The notes under the pieces are model-generated. The model did not search any database, was not told where the DNA came from, and was given only the letters and a program-made list of their open reading frames with translations. Position numbers and translations under genes: made by a program. 64,000 bases of DNA from an uncultured virus (IMG/VR IMGVR_UViG_3300030101_004641) (taxonomy: Duplodnaviria; Heunggongvirae; Uroviricota; Caudoviricetes): the IMG/VR virus record IMGVR_UViG_3300030101_004641. One strand, written 5' to 3'. Shown here piece after piece: positions 9,460-18,883 of the stretch (position 1 is its first letter; each line of letters starts with the position of its first letter).

Positions 9460-10278
9460 TTGGATTATCGTTCACAAGGTGAAACAAGAGTTACTATAAA
9501 TGGGTCAAGGCACTATAAAACTCCTTACGGTGCTCTACCATCTGTAACCACAATTCTCTCTGCAACACAAGGCAATAAAGCTGCATTAGAGAGATGGGCT
9601 AAAAAAAATCCTGGCGGTCGAGAAGCTGCTGCTGCAAGAGGTACAAAAGTTCACTCCTTAATGGAGGAATATTTACTAGGGATAGATAAAGATCCTGTAA
9701 TAGAAGATCCAGAAATAGCAAAATATTGGGAAGGACTACCAAAAAATTTAAGTAAATTAGATAATGTTATATGGGCTGAGAACCCGGCTAATATTGATGA
9801 TTATGCTTGGACAAAAGGTGGCGATGGTATTTCTCGTGTGTGGCATCCGGGATTTGAGCATGATAAAAATTATGGTTGGGCTGGTGCTCCTGATATAGTT
9901 GCTCAATACAAAGGTAAAATTGTATTAGGGGATTTAAAAACTAGCACTAATCCATACTGCTCAAAATGGCCTGACTCAAGTACACCTAAACATGAATATG
10001 GTAAAAAAAGATCAGGTTTTATGAAATATCAAAAATGTCAACTACAATTAGCAGCTTATGCTTTAGGTCTTGAGCATACAATAAATATCATTCCTGATTT
10101 GTGCATGACATTTGTTGCTACTACAGAAACATCTCAAGTATTTGTTATACAGAAACATACTATTGAGAAATATAAACAAAAATGGAAAGATATAGTTACA
10201 AAATATTACGAAGAGATATTACCTTCAACACAGCAGTCAGAGATTGAAATGGAAGGCATAGATGGAGACAAAAATTAA
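9460..10278 (+). CDS. PD-(D/E)XK exonuclease (RecB/Cas4-like phage exonuclease)
   Basis: PSVTTIL, RGTKVH, AGAPD...GDLKTS, QLAAY motifs. Confidence 0.88.
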   Translation: MDYRSQGETRVTINGSRHYKTPYGALPSVTTILSATQGNKAALERWAKKNPGGREAAAARGTKVHSLMEEYLLGIDKDPVIEDPEIAKYWEGLPKNLSKLDNVIWAENPANIDDYAWTKGGDGISRVWHPGFEHDKNYGWAGAPDIVAQYKGKIVLGDLKTSTNPYCSKWPDSSTPKHEYGKKRSGFMKYQKCQLQLAAYALGLEHTINIIPDLCMTFVATTETSQVFVIQKHTIEKYKQKWKDIVTKYYEEILPSTQQSEIEMEGIDGDKN

Positions 10279-10429
10279 TAAAATAGATAGATATATGTAG
10301 CATAAATTAAAGGATATCAACACTAATTGTGGGGTCAAATACAAAGAAAATAGAAAATTTCCCTATATATAGGGCTTTCCTAGATGAAAATAATAGGTAC
10401 TCTCAATCTGTTAGTAAAAATATTAGATA

Positions 10430-12997
10430 ATGCCAACTGAAACACCAGAACCAAATAAAAATCTTAAAGCTGGTCAAATTAACTTTGATCTTATACCTAT
10501 TGATTGGGCTTTGACTCCTTTGCAGGGAAAAAGAGCATACGTGGCTGGGTGGACTACACAACCTTACTCAATAGAAGAAATAAAACGTGAGTTTAATCAG
10601 GGAAAGGCAACAGGAGTTGGCTTAATAACAGGAGTATGGTCTAACAGTGGTGGTTTGGTTTGGGTAGATATAGATGGGACAGAAGCAATAAAAGGTCTTG
10701 AGGAGCTTGCAGGAGTCCCTGTATCGGCTGCATTTCCTCCTACACTTACAATCTCCTCTGGAAAAGAAGGCAGGCAAAGAATGCTCTTTAGCGTACCTGC
10801 TGCAAAATTAGATTTATTACCTGATAAAGCAACAATAAAAATCGGTGTTCCATCATTTGAAATCTTATTTAGATCAAGACAAGGTGCAATAATGGGTAGT
10901 CATCCCGATACCGATGGTTATTTTACTACACCACATGGTGGTTTTGAATTTGCTAAAAATCCACCAGAAATGCCTGAATGGTTGTATGACGCTATCGCAA
11001 AAGCATATCCATTAAATAAATATAAAAAACCAGTAAAACAAGGAATTATAACTCAACAAGTAAATCTAGATTACGAAGAAGGTTCTGAATATCAAAAAGC
11101 AGAGTATTTAGATGAAGCAAAAATTTACTTAGACCATTTAAACCCTAAAAGGGCTGCAGATTATGACGATTGGCTTAAAGTTGGAATGAGCCTAAAACAG
11201 GTAGATGAAACCTTACTGTCTGAATGGATAGAATGGTCTAGTCAAGCAGAAAATTTTGAAGAAGGTGTTTGCGAAAAAAAATGGGATACATTTGAGGTAG
11301 TAAAAGGCGGTCCTGCACCAGAAAATCATTGTGGCTTACATCATCTAAGAGCTTTAGCAAAAGAAGATGGCTACATAGATGTAGGTGGATTTGTTGTAGA
11401 AACTGGAGATAAATTAGTAGAAAAAGCTAAAAAATTATTTGAAAAGAATAATTCTGATATTCCAATGCCATTGGTCAATCAGGTTTTAAATGAAATTATG
11501 GGTGAGCCTTCTATCGTAGAAAAAAAACAAATTAATGAAAGATTAAGCACTAAAGGTAAACCAAAGACTCCACCTGCATCTGAATTAGCTGAAATGGTTA
11601 CAGGAATGGTCATTGAATGTGGGTGGAGATATGATCCCAAATATGACACCTTTATGTTTTATCAAAGAAAAAAAGGGACATGGAGAAGAGAAGAATATAA
11701 ATCAGAATATAAACATTTTGTTCAGGATTTATTTCTAAGAGAAACGATACCAACTCCAAGTGGATTTACTTCTCATCTTATTTCTGATGTAGTAAATCTC
11801 ACTCAGGCATACATAACTCAACCATATTGGAATGATGATCCTGACAAGTTAGCATTTTTAAATGGGGTTCTTGAAATGAGTACAGGAGAGTTCTTGCCTC
11901 ATGACCAAGAAAATTATTTAACATGGGGATTAGATTTTGATTATGATCCCAATGCAGATTCAGGTCCTATTATTCAATGGTTGAAGAAAACTCAATACAA
12001 TGATGAAGAAAGAGTTCAAGTTTTACGTGCTTGGTTAAAGGCATGTTTAGTAGGTAAGGGTCATGAGTTACAAAGATTTTTAGAAGTTATAGGCCCTGGT
12101 GGTCGTGGTAAATCTACTTTTGCCAATTTATGTTGTGCTTTGATAGGTAATGGTAATTATGCCTCTACTACATTAAATCAACTTGAACAGAGTCGTTTTG
12201 AAATAGCATCTATAAAAGGTAAAAGACTTACGTTGATAAATGATTCAGAAAGATATGGAGGCTCCGCACAAATTTTTAAAGCCTTAACAGGAGGAGACAA
12301 CTTAAGATTTGAAGAAAAAAATAAAAACGTAGGCGAGCCTTTTGTTTATACAGGCATGGTCATGGTCTGTGCTAATGAACCAATACAGACTACAGATAAT
12401 ACTTCTGGTTTAACAAGAAGACGATTGACTATTGAATTTAATAGACCTTTATGGGATAAAAATTCAGAAGCTGTAGAGATGATAAAGCTTGAAAACGGAC
12501 AAGTAAAGGGATTATGGAAGAGTTATTTACCTGGCTTAGTAAATTGGGTTTTAGAAATGGATACAAAAAAAATGAGAGAATATTTATTAGATACTTATGA
12601 AAAAGTTAGTCATTTAAGGACTGTCAGAAATAATATACTTTTAACAAGTAATAATTTAGTTGAGTGGCTTCAATCCGAAGTTGTTCATGCACCTGATTCT
12701 GTCTCTGCGGTTGGTAAAAAAATACCAGCAGCTAAAGATGCAAAAGAAAGGTATGTAAATAGTAATTTTCATTTATATGCAAGTTATTGTAGTTATTGTG
12801 AAGATACTGGATCAAAACCTGTAGGACAAAAAAGATTTATATCTTTGCTTTTAGATTGCTGTAAAAATCAACTTGGATTAAAAGAGATATTTCATTTTAG
12901 TAAAAAAGGAAGACCATTTATTAAAGGATTGGCAATAAGAAATTCTGATGAAAAATTTAAAAAAGTAGATACAATATTACCAGAAAAGAAGTCATAG
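10430..12997 (+). CDS. Primase-helicase: Prim-Pol + PriCT-2 + D5/P4-type SF3 helicase
   Basis: VWVDIDG primase motif; YDDWLKVGMSL PriCT-2; Walker A GPGGRGKST; FKALTGGD; motif C VCAN. Confidence 0.92.
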   Translation: MPTETPEPNKNLKAGQINFDLIPIDWALTPLQGKRAYVAGWTTQPYSIEEIKREFNQGKATGVGLITGVWSNSGGLVWVDIDGTEAIKGLEELAGVPVSAAFPPTLTISSGKEGRQRMLFSVPAAKLDLLPDKATIKIGVPSFEILFRSRQGAIMGSHPDTDGYFTTPHGGFEFAKNPPEMPEWLYDAIAKAYPLNKYKKPVKQGIITQQVNLDYEEGSEYQKAEYLDEAKIYLDHLNPKRAADYDDWLKVGMSLKQVDETLLSEWIEWSSQAENFEEGVCEKKWDTFEVVKGGPAPENHCGLHHLRALAKEDGYIDVGGFVVETGDKLVEKAKKLFEKNNSDIPMPLVNQVLNEIMGEPSIVEKKQINERLSTKGKPKTPPASELAEMVTGMVIECGWRYDPKYDTFMFYQRKKGTWRREEYKSEYKHFVQDLFLRETIPTPSGFTSHLISDVVNLTQAYITQPYWNDDPDKLAFLNGVLEMSTGEFLPHDQENYLTWGLDFDYDPNADSGPIIQWLKKTQYNDEERVQVLRAWLKACLVGKGHELQRFLEVIGPGGRGKSTFANLCCALIGNGNYASTTLNQLEQSRFEIASIKGKRLTLINDSERYGGSAQIFKALTGGDNLRFEEKNKNVGEPFVYTGMVMVCANEPIQTTDNTSGLTRRRLTIEFNRPLWDKNSEAVEMIKLENGQVKGLWKSYLPGLVNWVLEMDTKKMREYLLDTYEKVSHLRTVRNNILLTSNNLVEWLQSEVVHAPDSVSAVGKKIPAAKDAKERYVNSNFHLYASYCSYCEDTGSKPVGQKRFISLLLDCCKNQLGLKEIFHFSKKGRPFIKGLAIRNSDEKFKKVDTILPEKKS

Positions 12998-13033
12998 CTT
13001 AAATTATTAGTATTTCTTATATCGCTAATTAGA

Positions 13034-13073
13034 TATGTTAAGTTATGTAAATTTGTGTTACAAAGTGTAACAA
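13034..13073. promoter_or_regulatory. HLR1/RpaB-like sites upstream of the hli cluster
   Basis: Minus strand TTTACATA-AC-TTAACATA direct repeat plus GTTACA-aag-TGTAAC palindrome. Confidence 0.5.
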
Positions 13074-13104
13074 GTATAAAATATAAAGAAGATATAAATA
13101 CCTA

Positions 13105-13296
13105 ATGACAACAGTTACAGAAAGCGGCAATCGCCAAAATATCTATTCTATTGAGCCACCAACCGAGATTGATCCTAATTATGAAGGCTATCCCGAAGAG
13201 GCTGAAAAAGCTAATGGACGTTGGGCTATGATCGGTTTCGTGGCTTTAATAGGTGCTTATTCAACTACAGGTCAGATTATTCCAGGAATCTTTTAA
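13105..13296 (+). CDS. hli: High-light-inducible protein
   Basis: AEKANGRWAMIGF...TGQIIPGIF. Confidence 0.95.
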   Translation: MTTVTESGNRQNIYSIEPPTEIDPNYEGYPEEAEKANGRWAMIGFVALIGAYSTTGQIIPGIF

Positions 13297-13351
13297 GGAG
13301 ACTTGGATGAAAATCAATTCCCAATTTACAATTACTCAAAGGTACAAACTT

Positions 13352-13459
13352 ATGACTCCTGAAGCAGAAAGATTTAACGGCTGGGCAGCAATGCTTGGAT
13401 TCGTAGCAGCAGTTGGTGCATACGCAACAACAGGTAACATCATTCCTGGCATATTCTAA
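13352..13459 (+). CDS. hli: High-light-inducible protein (35 aa)
   Basis: MTPEAERFNGWAAMLGFVAAVGAYATTGNIIPGIF; start corrected from track. Confidence 0.95.
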   Translation: MTPEAERFNGWAAMLGFVAAVGAYATTGNIIPGIF

Positions 13460-13572
13460 TGAATAACAAGGATATTTTCTTAAAAGCACAAGGCCGAGCA
13501 GCAATGATGGGTTTTGTAGTTATATGTACAGTCTATGGCTTTACAGGACAACTTATCCCCGGATATGTGTAA
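13459..13572 (+). CDS. hli: Divergent high-light-inducible protein (37 aa)
   Basis: Manual translation MNNKDIFLKAQGRAAMMGFVVICTVYGFTGQLIPGYV; TAATG-coupled to both neighbours. Confidence 0.8.
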   Translation: MNNKDIFLKAQGRAAMMGFVVICTVYGFTGQLIPGYV

Positions 13573-13715
13573 TGGACATTCAATCTTATTCAAAACCAAT
13601 AGAAAAACAAAAAATAATTGCTGAAAGATTAAATGGTCAATTAGCAATGCTTGGTGTAGTCGCTGCAGTAGGTGCTTACTTAACTACAGGACAGCTAATC
13701 CCCGGTTTTATTTAA
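13572..13715 (+). CDS. hli: High-light-inducible protein (47 aa)
   Basis: AERLNGQLAMLG...TGQLIPGFI; start corrected from track. Confidence 0.92.
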   Translation: MDIQSYSKPIEKQKIIAERLNGQLAMLGVVAAVGAYLTTGQLIPGFI

Positions 13716-13885
13716 TGATATTAGAGAATTCTTATCTAATATCTTCTTCTACAGCAGCCCTATGGGTCTTTTATCCCATAGGTTGTTTAGTTTTAATAGA
13801 ACTAATACTACGTGCAATTGATGGCGATGACGACGACGATCAAGGTGGTGGTATTATGACTCCTATTTATCAAAAAGCAAAATGA
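13715..13885 (+). CDS. Small membrane protein with DDDDDQGGG motif (56 aa)
   Basis: Manual translation ...WVFYPIGCLVLIELILRAIDGDDDDDQGGGIMTPIY; coupled to last hli. Confidence 0.7.
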   Translation: MILENSYLISSSTAALWVFYPIGCLVLIELILRAIDGDDDDDQGGGIMTPIYQKAK

Positions 13886-14216
13886 ATCATCTTCTTTTTA
13901 CAACTTTAATTTCACTGTATATTTTTACTAACGTAGGCTCTATTGTATTTGCGTGACTAAAATTTTTTACAGCCCTTATTACCCATTATTTGAATTTATT
14001 TTCTTTGTTATTGTCGGAACAATAGCAGGAATGAATGGTTTATTGGAAGTATAAATTATAAAATTAAAGTAAAAGCTATTGTCAATGCAAACTTACAAAT
14101 TAAAAAATTTGCCTTTTTTTGTAGAGGCTAGATTGGCTCAAGAAAATAAAAACAATCAATCAAAGAAATCTGATGAAAGATGGTTTAAAGGTAGTAAAGA
14201 TAGAGGTTTAAAATAA

Positions 14217-14558
14217 TTATTTATTATGATTATGTTGTGGATAATCTCTTTCCATAGCTTGTTTAGATAAATTAAATCTATCACCACCACCTTCATGTCC
14301 ATGAGCGATCCCTAGTTCATGCAACCTTGCATGTTCTTTTATTTCATCTTTTAAGTTTTTACCACCTTTACCAAACGTCATATAAAAACCATACAATATT
14401 AATAGGATTAATAATACTCCTATAAACAATGCAAAAGCTATACCTTGACCTAAATTACCATGTGGAATTAAAGTATCTTTACATCTAGCAATCTTATCAG
14501 GATCAGTCCATGTACCTGGTAAAGTGTAAACAGGTGGACAAGATAAAAAATAATTCAT
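14217..14558 (-). CDS. psbN: PsbN-like protein with N- and C-terminal extensions
   Basis: TM helix then YGFYMTFGKGGKNLKDEIKEH, similar to the PsbN pattern [21 protein letters not shown]. Confidence 0.7.
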   Translation of the reverse strand: MNYFLSCPPVYTLPGTWTDPDKIARCKDTLIPHGNLGQGIAFALFIGVLLILLILYGFYMTFGKGGKNLKDEIKEHARLHELGIAHGHEGGGDRFNLSKQAMERDYPQHNHNK

Positions 14559-14769
14559 AATTTTGCTACCTTTAGTTCATTTTTAAGTTTTGTCCAAACA
14601 CCTTTTGGTGCTCTTTCCAAAAATTCTTCTTTTATTAAAATCAAAAGAAGTCGATGACTGGTATTTTCTAACTCAGAAAAATCCGTCATCTTCTCATATA
14701 ATATTTGACTTACTCTAAAATGAAAGGCTAAATGCCAGCAAATCACATTATTTAGCACATTTTTAAAGA

Positions 14770-15021
14770 TTAAGAATAAACCTTTTTACCATCTACAATA
14801 GCTTTGTCAATTGCAGTAAAGTCTTCTGATGTCCAGATAGAAGTTGTTTCATCAGTCTTTTTGTAACCCTTGATAATTTCAAGATGCTCTACATTACGCT
14901 TGATCTTGTCTTTGTATTCATCATCAGTTTCATCTGATGTCTTGGCAGTGTTGATGACAGTTACACTATCACCTGCAGCAGAGAAGATTGCTGCAATTTC
15001 ATCTGCGGTTCTTTCTTCCAT
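14770..15021 (-). CDS. Small acidic protein, probable fibre-associated chaperone
   Basis: KIKRNVEHLEI motif; lies downstream of an S74 fibre gene. Confidence 0.45.
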   Translation of the reverse strand: MEERTADEIAAIFSAAGDSVTVINTAKTSDETDDEYKDKIKRNVEHLEIIKGYKKTDETTSIWTSEDFTAIDKAIVDGKKVYS

Positions 15022-15075
15022 CGTAAAAAAAAATTGTTAATTTAATTATACCAACATTATTTATTTCAATCAAAA

Positions 15076-15651
15076 CTAAGTTTTTATATAAGAAAACCAA
15101 CCAGTAATAATATATTTTATTTCTTTTGGTGCGGGGATTCCTTTATGTGGATGTGTCCAATATGCAGGCCAAAACATCATATTTCCAGCTTTAGGTTTAA
15201 ATTTTATATCTTGTTGAGGAAATTCTGTCTCACCACCTTCTCTTATATCATTAAGATATAACATCCAAGCAATCATTCTTCTTTCAGTAAAACCATCAGG
15301 AAAGCCATTATTTTCACAATGCAACTGAAAATATGCTTCGCTTGGTAAGTATTTTTGAATCTTGAATATTTCTGCAATATCCCAAGGTCTTGTGGTTGAC
15401 AAAAAACTATACTTATCTTTAAATTTTTTACCAGTATCTTGTAAAGCATTTAATAAACATTTAAAAAAAGGTTGCTGTAGTTCATCAGTTGATAAAAATA
15501 TCTCAGTGCATTTTTTTATGTTCTTATCTATACCTTTAGTTGTAGAACCCTCGTCATGGTATTGTTTATTATTTTCAAAAAAGAAAATTATATCTTTGCA
15601 TTGTTTTTGTGATAATACTTTTTCATTGCAAAAAATTAAATTATCCATCAA
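15076..15651 (-). CDS. 2OG-Fe(II) oxygenase (prolyl-hydroxylase-like)
   Basis: LHCEN (HxE), YLNDIREGGETEF, THPHKG, KYIITGW. Confidence 0.92.
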   Translation of the reverse strand: MMDNLIFCNEKVLSQKQCKDIIFFFENNKQYHDEGSTTKGIDKNIKKCTEIFLSTDELQQPFFKCLLNALQDTGKKFKDKYSFLSTTRPWDIAEIFKIQKYLPSEAYFQLHCENNGFPDGFTERRMIAWMLYLNDIREGGETEFPQQDIKFKPKAGNMMFWPAYWTHPHKGIPAPKEIKYIITGWFSYIKT

Positions 15652-15654
15652 AAT

Positions 15655-18051
15655 CTAAGCTGATTCTAATGCTGATACTTTTTTAGATAATTCTTGTACT
15701 GCTTTAATTGTGTGCCATATTAATCTATCTGCATTAACTTGTTTTATTCCATTATCATCATCCCTAACACATTCAGGTAAAACAGTTTCAATCTCTTGTG
15801 CAATCGCACCAATCTGTAATTCTGGTTTATTAACTGCAATTTGCTTCAAATCAAGTTCAGCTAATTCTGGTGATGCCTCTTCTATTTCATCCGCAGTTTT
15901 ATAATTAAAATTCCTAACTCGTATAGCATTTATAATATTTAATCCCTGCTCATTATCAACAATATCTTTTTTAATTCTTTGATCTGAAGTTGTATCCCAA
16001 GTAGTTGTATTGCCTGTATGAAAAACACCATTACCTCCGACTACTCTAAAGGAACTATTAGCAGCTGCTGTATTTACGCTTTTACCTAAAGCTACAGCAG
16101 TATGTCGGTTTGTAGAATCTACATCTGACCCTGCTCCAAGACAAGTATTACTACCTTGTGCAGTAATTGAATCACCAGCTTCAGCACCCAGACAAGTATT
16201 AGAACTTGATGATGTTATATTTAGACCAGCATTTAAACCCACAGCAGTATTATTTCCTCCAGTGGTGTTTATTGTTAGTGCACTTAGTCCAATTGCTACA
16301 TTATTATTACCTGTAGTGTTTGCATCTAAACAAAGCCCACCAACAGCAGTATTATTTACTCCTGTTGTTGTCGCAAATTGACAGTTTAATCCAATAGCAA
16401 CATTATATGTATCAGTATTTGATGAAGGATTTTGTGCCTGTAAAGCGTTAACTCCTATAGCAACTGCTCTATCTCCTACAGTATTAGACTCTAAAGCACT
16501 TTTTCCAATTGCTGTATTTAAATTGCCAGTTGTGTTTGCACCTAATGAATTATAACCAACGGCTGTATTATTATTAGCAGTAGTGTTGTTTTGTAGAGCC
16601 AACCTTCCAAATGCAGTGTTCTCAGATCCAGTTGTGTTATCTAATAAAGCACTCCTACCCATAGCAGTATTATTACTTGCAGTTGTGTTTGCACTCAGAG
16701 CACTCATACCGATTGCAGTGTTAGCTGTTCCAGTCGTATTTGCATCAAGAGCACTAGTACCAACAGCTACGTTTTCTGTTCCAGTTGTGTTTAGGTTTAA
16801 TGCTTTGTATCCAAAAGCAGCATTATTATCTGCTGTAGTATTTTTAGTTAAAGCTAAATGACCAAAAGCAGTGTTATATTCACCAGTAGTATTTTCTCTT
16901 AAAGCAAAATTACCAACAGCTACATTTTCATCCTCCGTTGTTTTATCTAATGCCAAATATCCAATAGCTACGTTGTTACTACCAGTTTGATTAGTGTCTA
17001 AAGCATTTACACCTATCGCTGTATTTTGCGTTCCAGTTGTGTTTGCTTGTAAGGCTGATCGACCTACAGCAGTATTGTTTGAAGCTGTTGTGTTAAATAG
17101 TAAGGCATTTTTTCCAACTGCTGTATTGTTAGAAGCAGTTGTGTTTTGATTTAACGCACCAATGCCAACGGCTGTATTATCAGTACCAGTAGTTGATGCA
17201 AATAAACTACCATGTCCAAAAGCAGTATTAGAATCTCCAGTTGTATTTGAACCTAAAGAGGAATAACCACAAGCTGTATTAAAATCACCTGTAGTATTAG
17301 CATCTAAAGCTATAGAACCAACGGCTGTATTTTCCGTTCCAGTTGTGTTTGCAGTTAAAGCTTGAAAGCCTACAGAAGTATTGTTATCTGCTGTGGTATT
17401 AGCCTCAAGAGCATCTCTTCCTAATGCAGTATTCTGTGTACCTGTAGTATTTTCTTCAAGGGCATTACAACCGACAGCTGTATTATTAGAGCCTGTAGAG
17501 TTTGTTAAAGCAAATGCTCCCACTGCAGTGTTTTGGTTTGCTGTAGTTGCTGCATCTAAAGCTTGGGTACCTACAGCAACATTTGATGTTCCAGTTGTGT
17601 TTGCTGTTAAAGAATTAAACCCTACTGCTGTATTGTTACTTGCGGTAGTATTAGATTCTAGTGCATCTCTTCCGATTGCTGTATTACTAGCACCTGTAGT
17701 ATTATCTTGTAAAGCCTGTAGACCAATAGCTGTATTATTACTTGCTGTTGTGTTATTTTCTAAAGCACCCCCACCAATTGCTGTATTATTTGATCCCTCA
17801 GTATTATTCTCTAGAGTATCTTTACCTATAGCTGTGTTTGTAGCTCCAGAAGTATTTGCTGTTAAAGAGCGTAATCCAATAGCAGTATTATTTGCACCAG
17901 AAACAGAATCATCTAAAGCACTTTCTCCAAGAACAGTGTTACCCGAAACAGAGTTTGCTCCTTTACCTACTGTTACTGAGTTAAATGAAGCATCAGAGGA
18001 TATCGTAAAAGTTGCAGATGAATCTATTAATTGAGCTTTAGTCTGTGACAT
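15655..18051 (-). CDS. Tail fibre/adhesin with 14-aa NTAxG repeats and C-terminal Peptidase_S74 chaperone
   Basis: About 45 NTA(I/V)GxxALxxNTT repeats; TSDQRIKKDI...IGAIAQE S74 domain. Confidence 0.9.
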   Translation of the reverse strand: MSQTKAQLIDSSATFTISSDASFNSVTVGKGANSVSGNTVLGESALDDSVSGANNTAIGLRSLTANTSGATNTAIGKDTLENNTEGSNNTAIGGGALENNTTASNNTAIGLQALQDNTTGASNTAIGRDALESNTTASNNTAVGFNSLTANTTGTSNVAVGTQALDAATTANQNTAVGAFALTNSTGSNNTAVGCNALEENTTGTQNTALGRDALEANTTADNNTSVGFQALTANTTGTENTAVGSIALDANTTGDFNTACGYSSLGSNTTGDSNTAFGHGSLFASTTGTDNTAVGIGALNQNTTASNNTAVGKNALLFNTTASNNTAVGRSALQANTTGTQNTAIGVNALDTNQTGSNNVAIGYLALDKTTEDENVAVGNFALRENTTGEYNTAFGHLALTKNTTADNNAAFGYKALNLNTTGTENVAVGTSALDANTTGTANTAIGMSALSANTTASNNTAMGRSALLDNTTGSENTAFGRLALQNNTTANNNTAVGYNSLGANTTGNLNTAIGKSALESNTVGDRAVAIGVNALQAQNPSSNTDTYNVAIGLNCQFATTTGVNNTAVGGLCLDANTTGNNNVAIGLSALTINTTGGNNTAVGLNAGLNITSSSSNTCLGAEAGDSITAQGSNTCLGAGSDVDSTNRHTAVALGKSVNTAAANSSFRVVGGNGVFHTGNTTTWDTTSDQRIKKDIVDNEQGLNIINAIRVRNFNYKTADEIEEASPELAELDLKQIAVNKPELQIGAIAQEIETVLPECVRDDDNGIKQVNADRLIWHTIKAVQELSKKVSALESA

Positions 18052-18564
18052 TTATTGTTCAAACTTTTATTTATTAACTCAATTTTACGATGAGTTTATT
18101 TACGAAATCTTACTGTTTCTATCATTGGTTTACCTAATTTTTGCTCGTATTCACGTTCTATTTCGAAATCATCTATGTCTGTTCCTGCCTGACTATATTT
18201 ATTCATTCCTTTGACAAATCCAGATAAAAATGTTTTACCTCCTCCATTTGCCATTACTGCTGGAAAATCATTATCACCCATTTTATTTACTAATTCTGTT
18301 TAAAAATTCATCTACCCTGTCACCTACAGGTGTTTCTTGTGACTTTGCGTTCATTGGATTAGTTTTCTGAGCTGCCTTCATGTTAGCTTCTGCATAAGGA
18401 GCACTGACAGCTTGACCTTGAGTAGCATAACCACCTGGTAATTTAGATTGTCTTCTTGGATCACCTAGATCAGGACTCATTTGCAAGCCAGATTGGTCAA
18501 AACCAATATTATTCATTTATCTAATTAAAGACTATTGTTTTTATTTTATCATCCGGAAGACCAA

Positions 18565-18829
18565 GAGATTAGGTGTGTGAGTGTAATTTTTTTTATACAG
18601 TCACCTACCTAACCAAAGTAGTTAAAAAATTTTTTTCTTCTTATACCTATAAAATTAAGGTAGGGTTAGTAGAAATATTTGTACTTACTTTTAAACATTT
18701 ATTAGTATGACTGATATTTTCTATGAACACCCAAGTTTAAGAAAAATAAAGGTAGTTTATTTAATTCCGTACAGGCAGAGGTTAGGTAAGTGGATGTATA
18801 TAATTTTAAACAGTCATATACCTAACCTC
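18565..18829. repeat. Two 52-bp imperfect dyads (20-12-20) at 18565-18616 and 18778-18829
   Basis: Half-sites acactcacacacctaatctc, acagtcacctacctaaccaa, acatccacttacctaacctc, acagtcatatacctaacctc, each pair inverted around a 12-nt A/T spacer. Confidence 0.85.
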
Positions 18830-18883
18830 ATCTTCTATAAAAGTTAAATAATAAGGTAAAATTTTTTAGTATTTGGGTGTTCA

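Noticed and set aside
13253..13351. Extended N-termini of hli ORFs in the track (13253 and 13524 starts)
   Set aside because: The ATG at 13352 and the TAATG-coupled ATG at 13572 give typical Hli lengths and leave room for the missed hli at 13459.
16100..17950. CRISPR-like array suggested by 42-nt periodicity
   Set aside because: The periodicity is the in-frame 14-aa protein repeat; there is no constant repeat with unique spacers and no cas genes.
16583..18034. Plus-strand ORFs antisense to fibre repeats (also 31409-32738 and 35044-35919)
   Set aside because: Shadow frames of repetitive Ala/Thr/Asn/Gly coding sequence.
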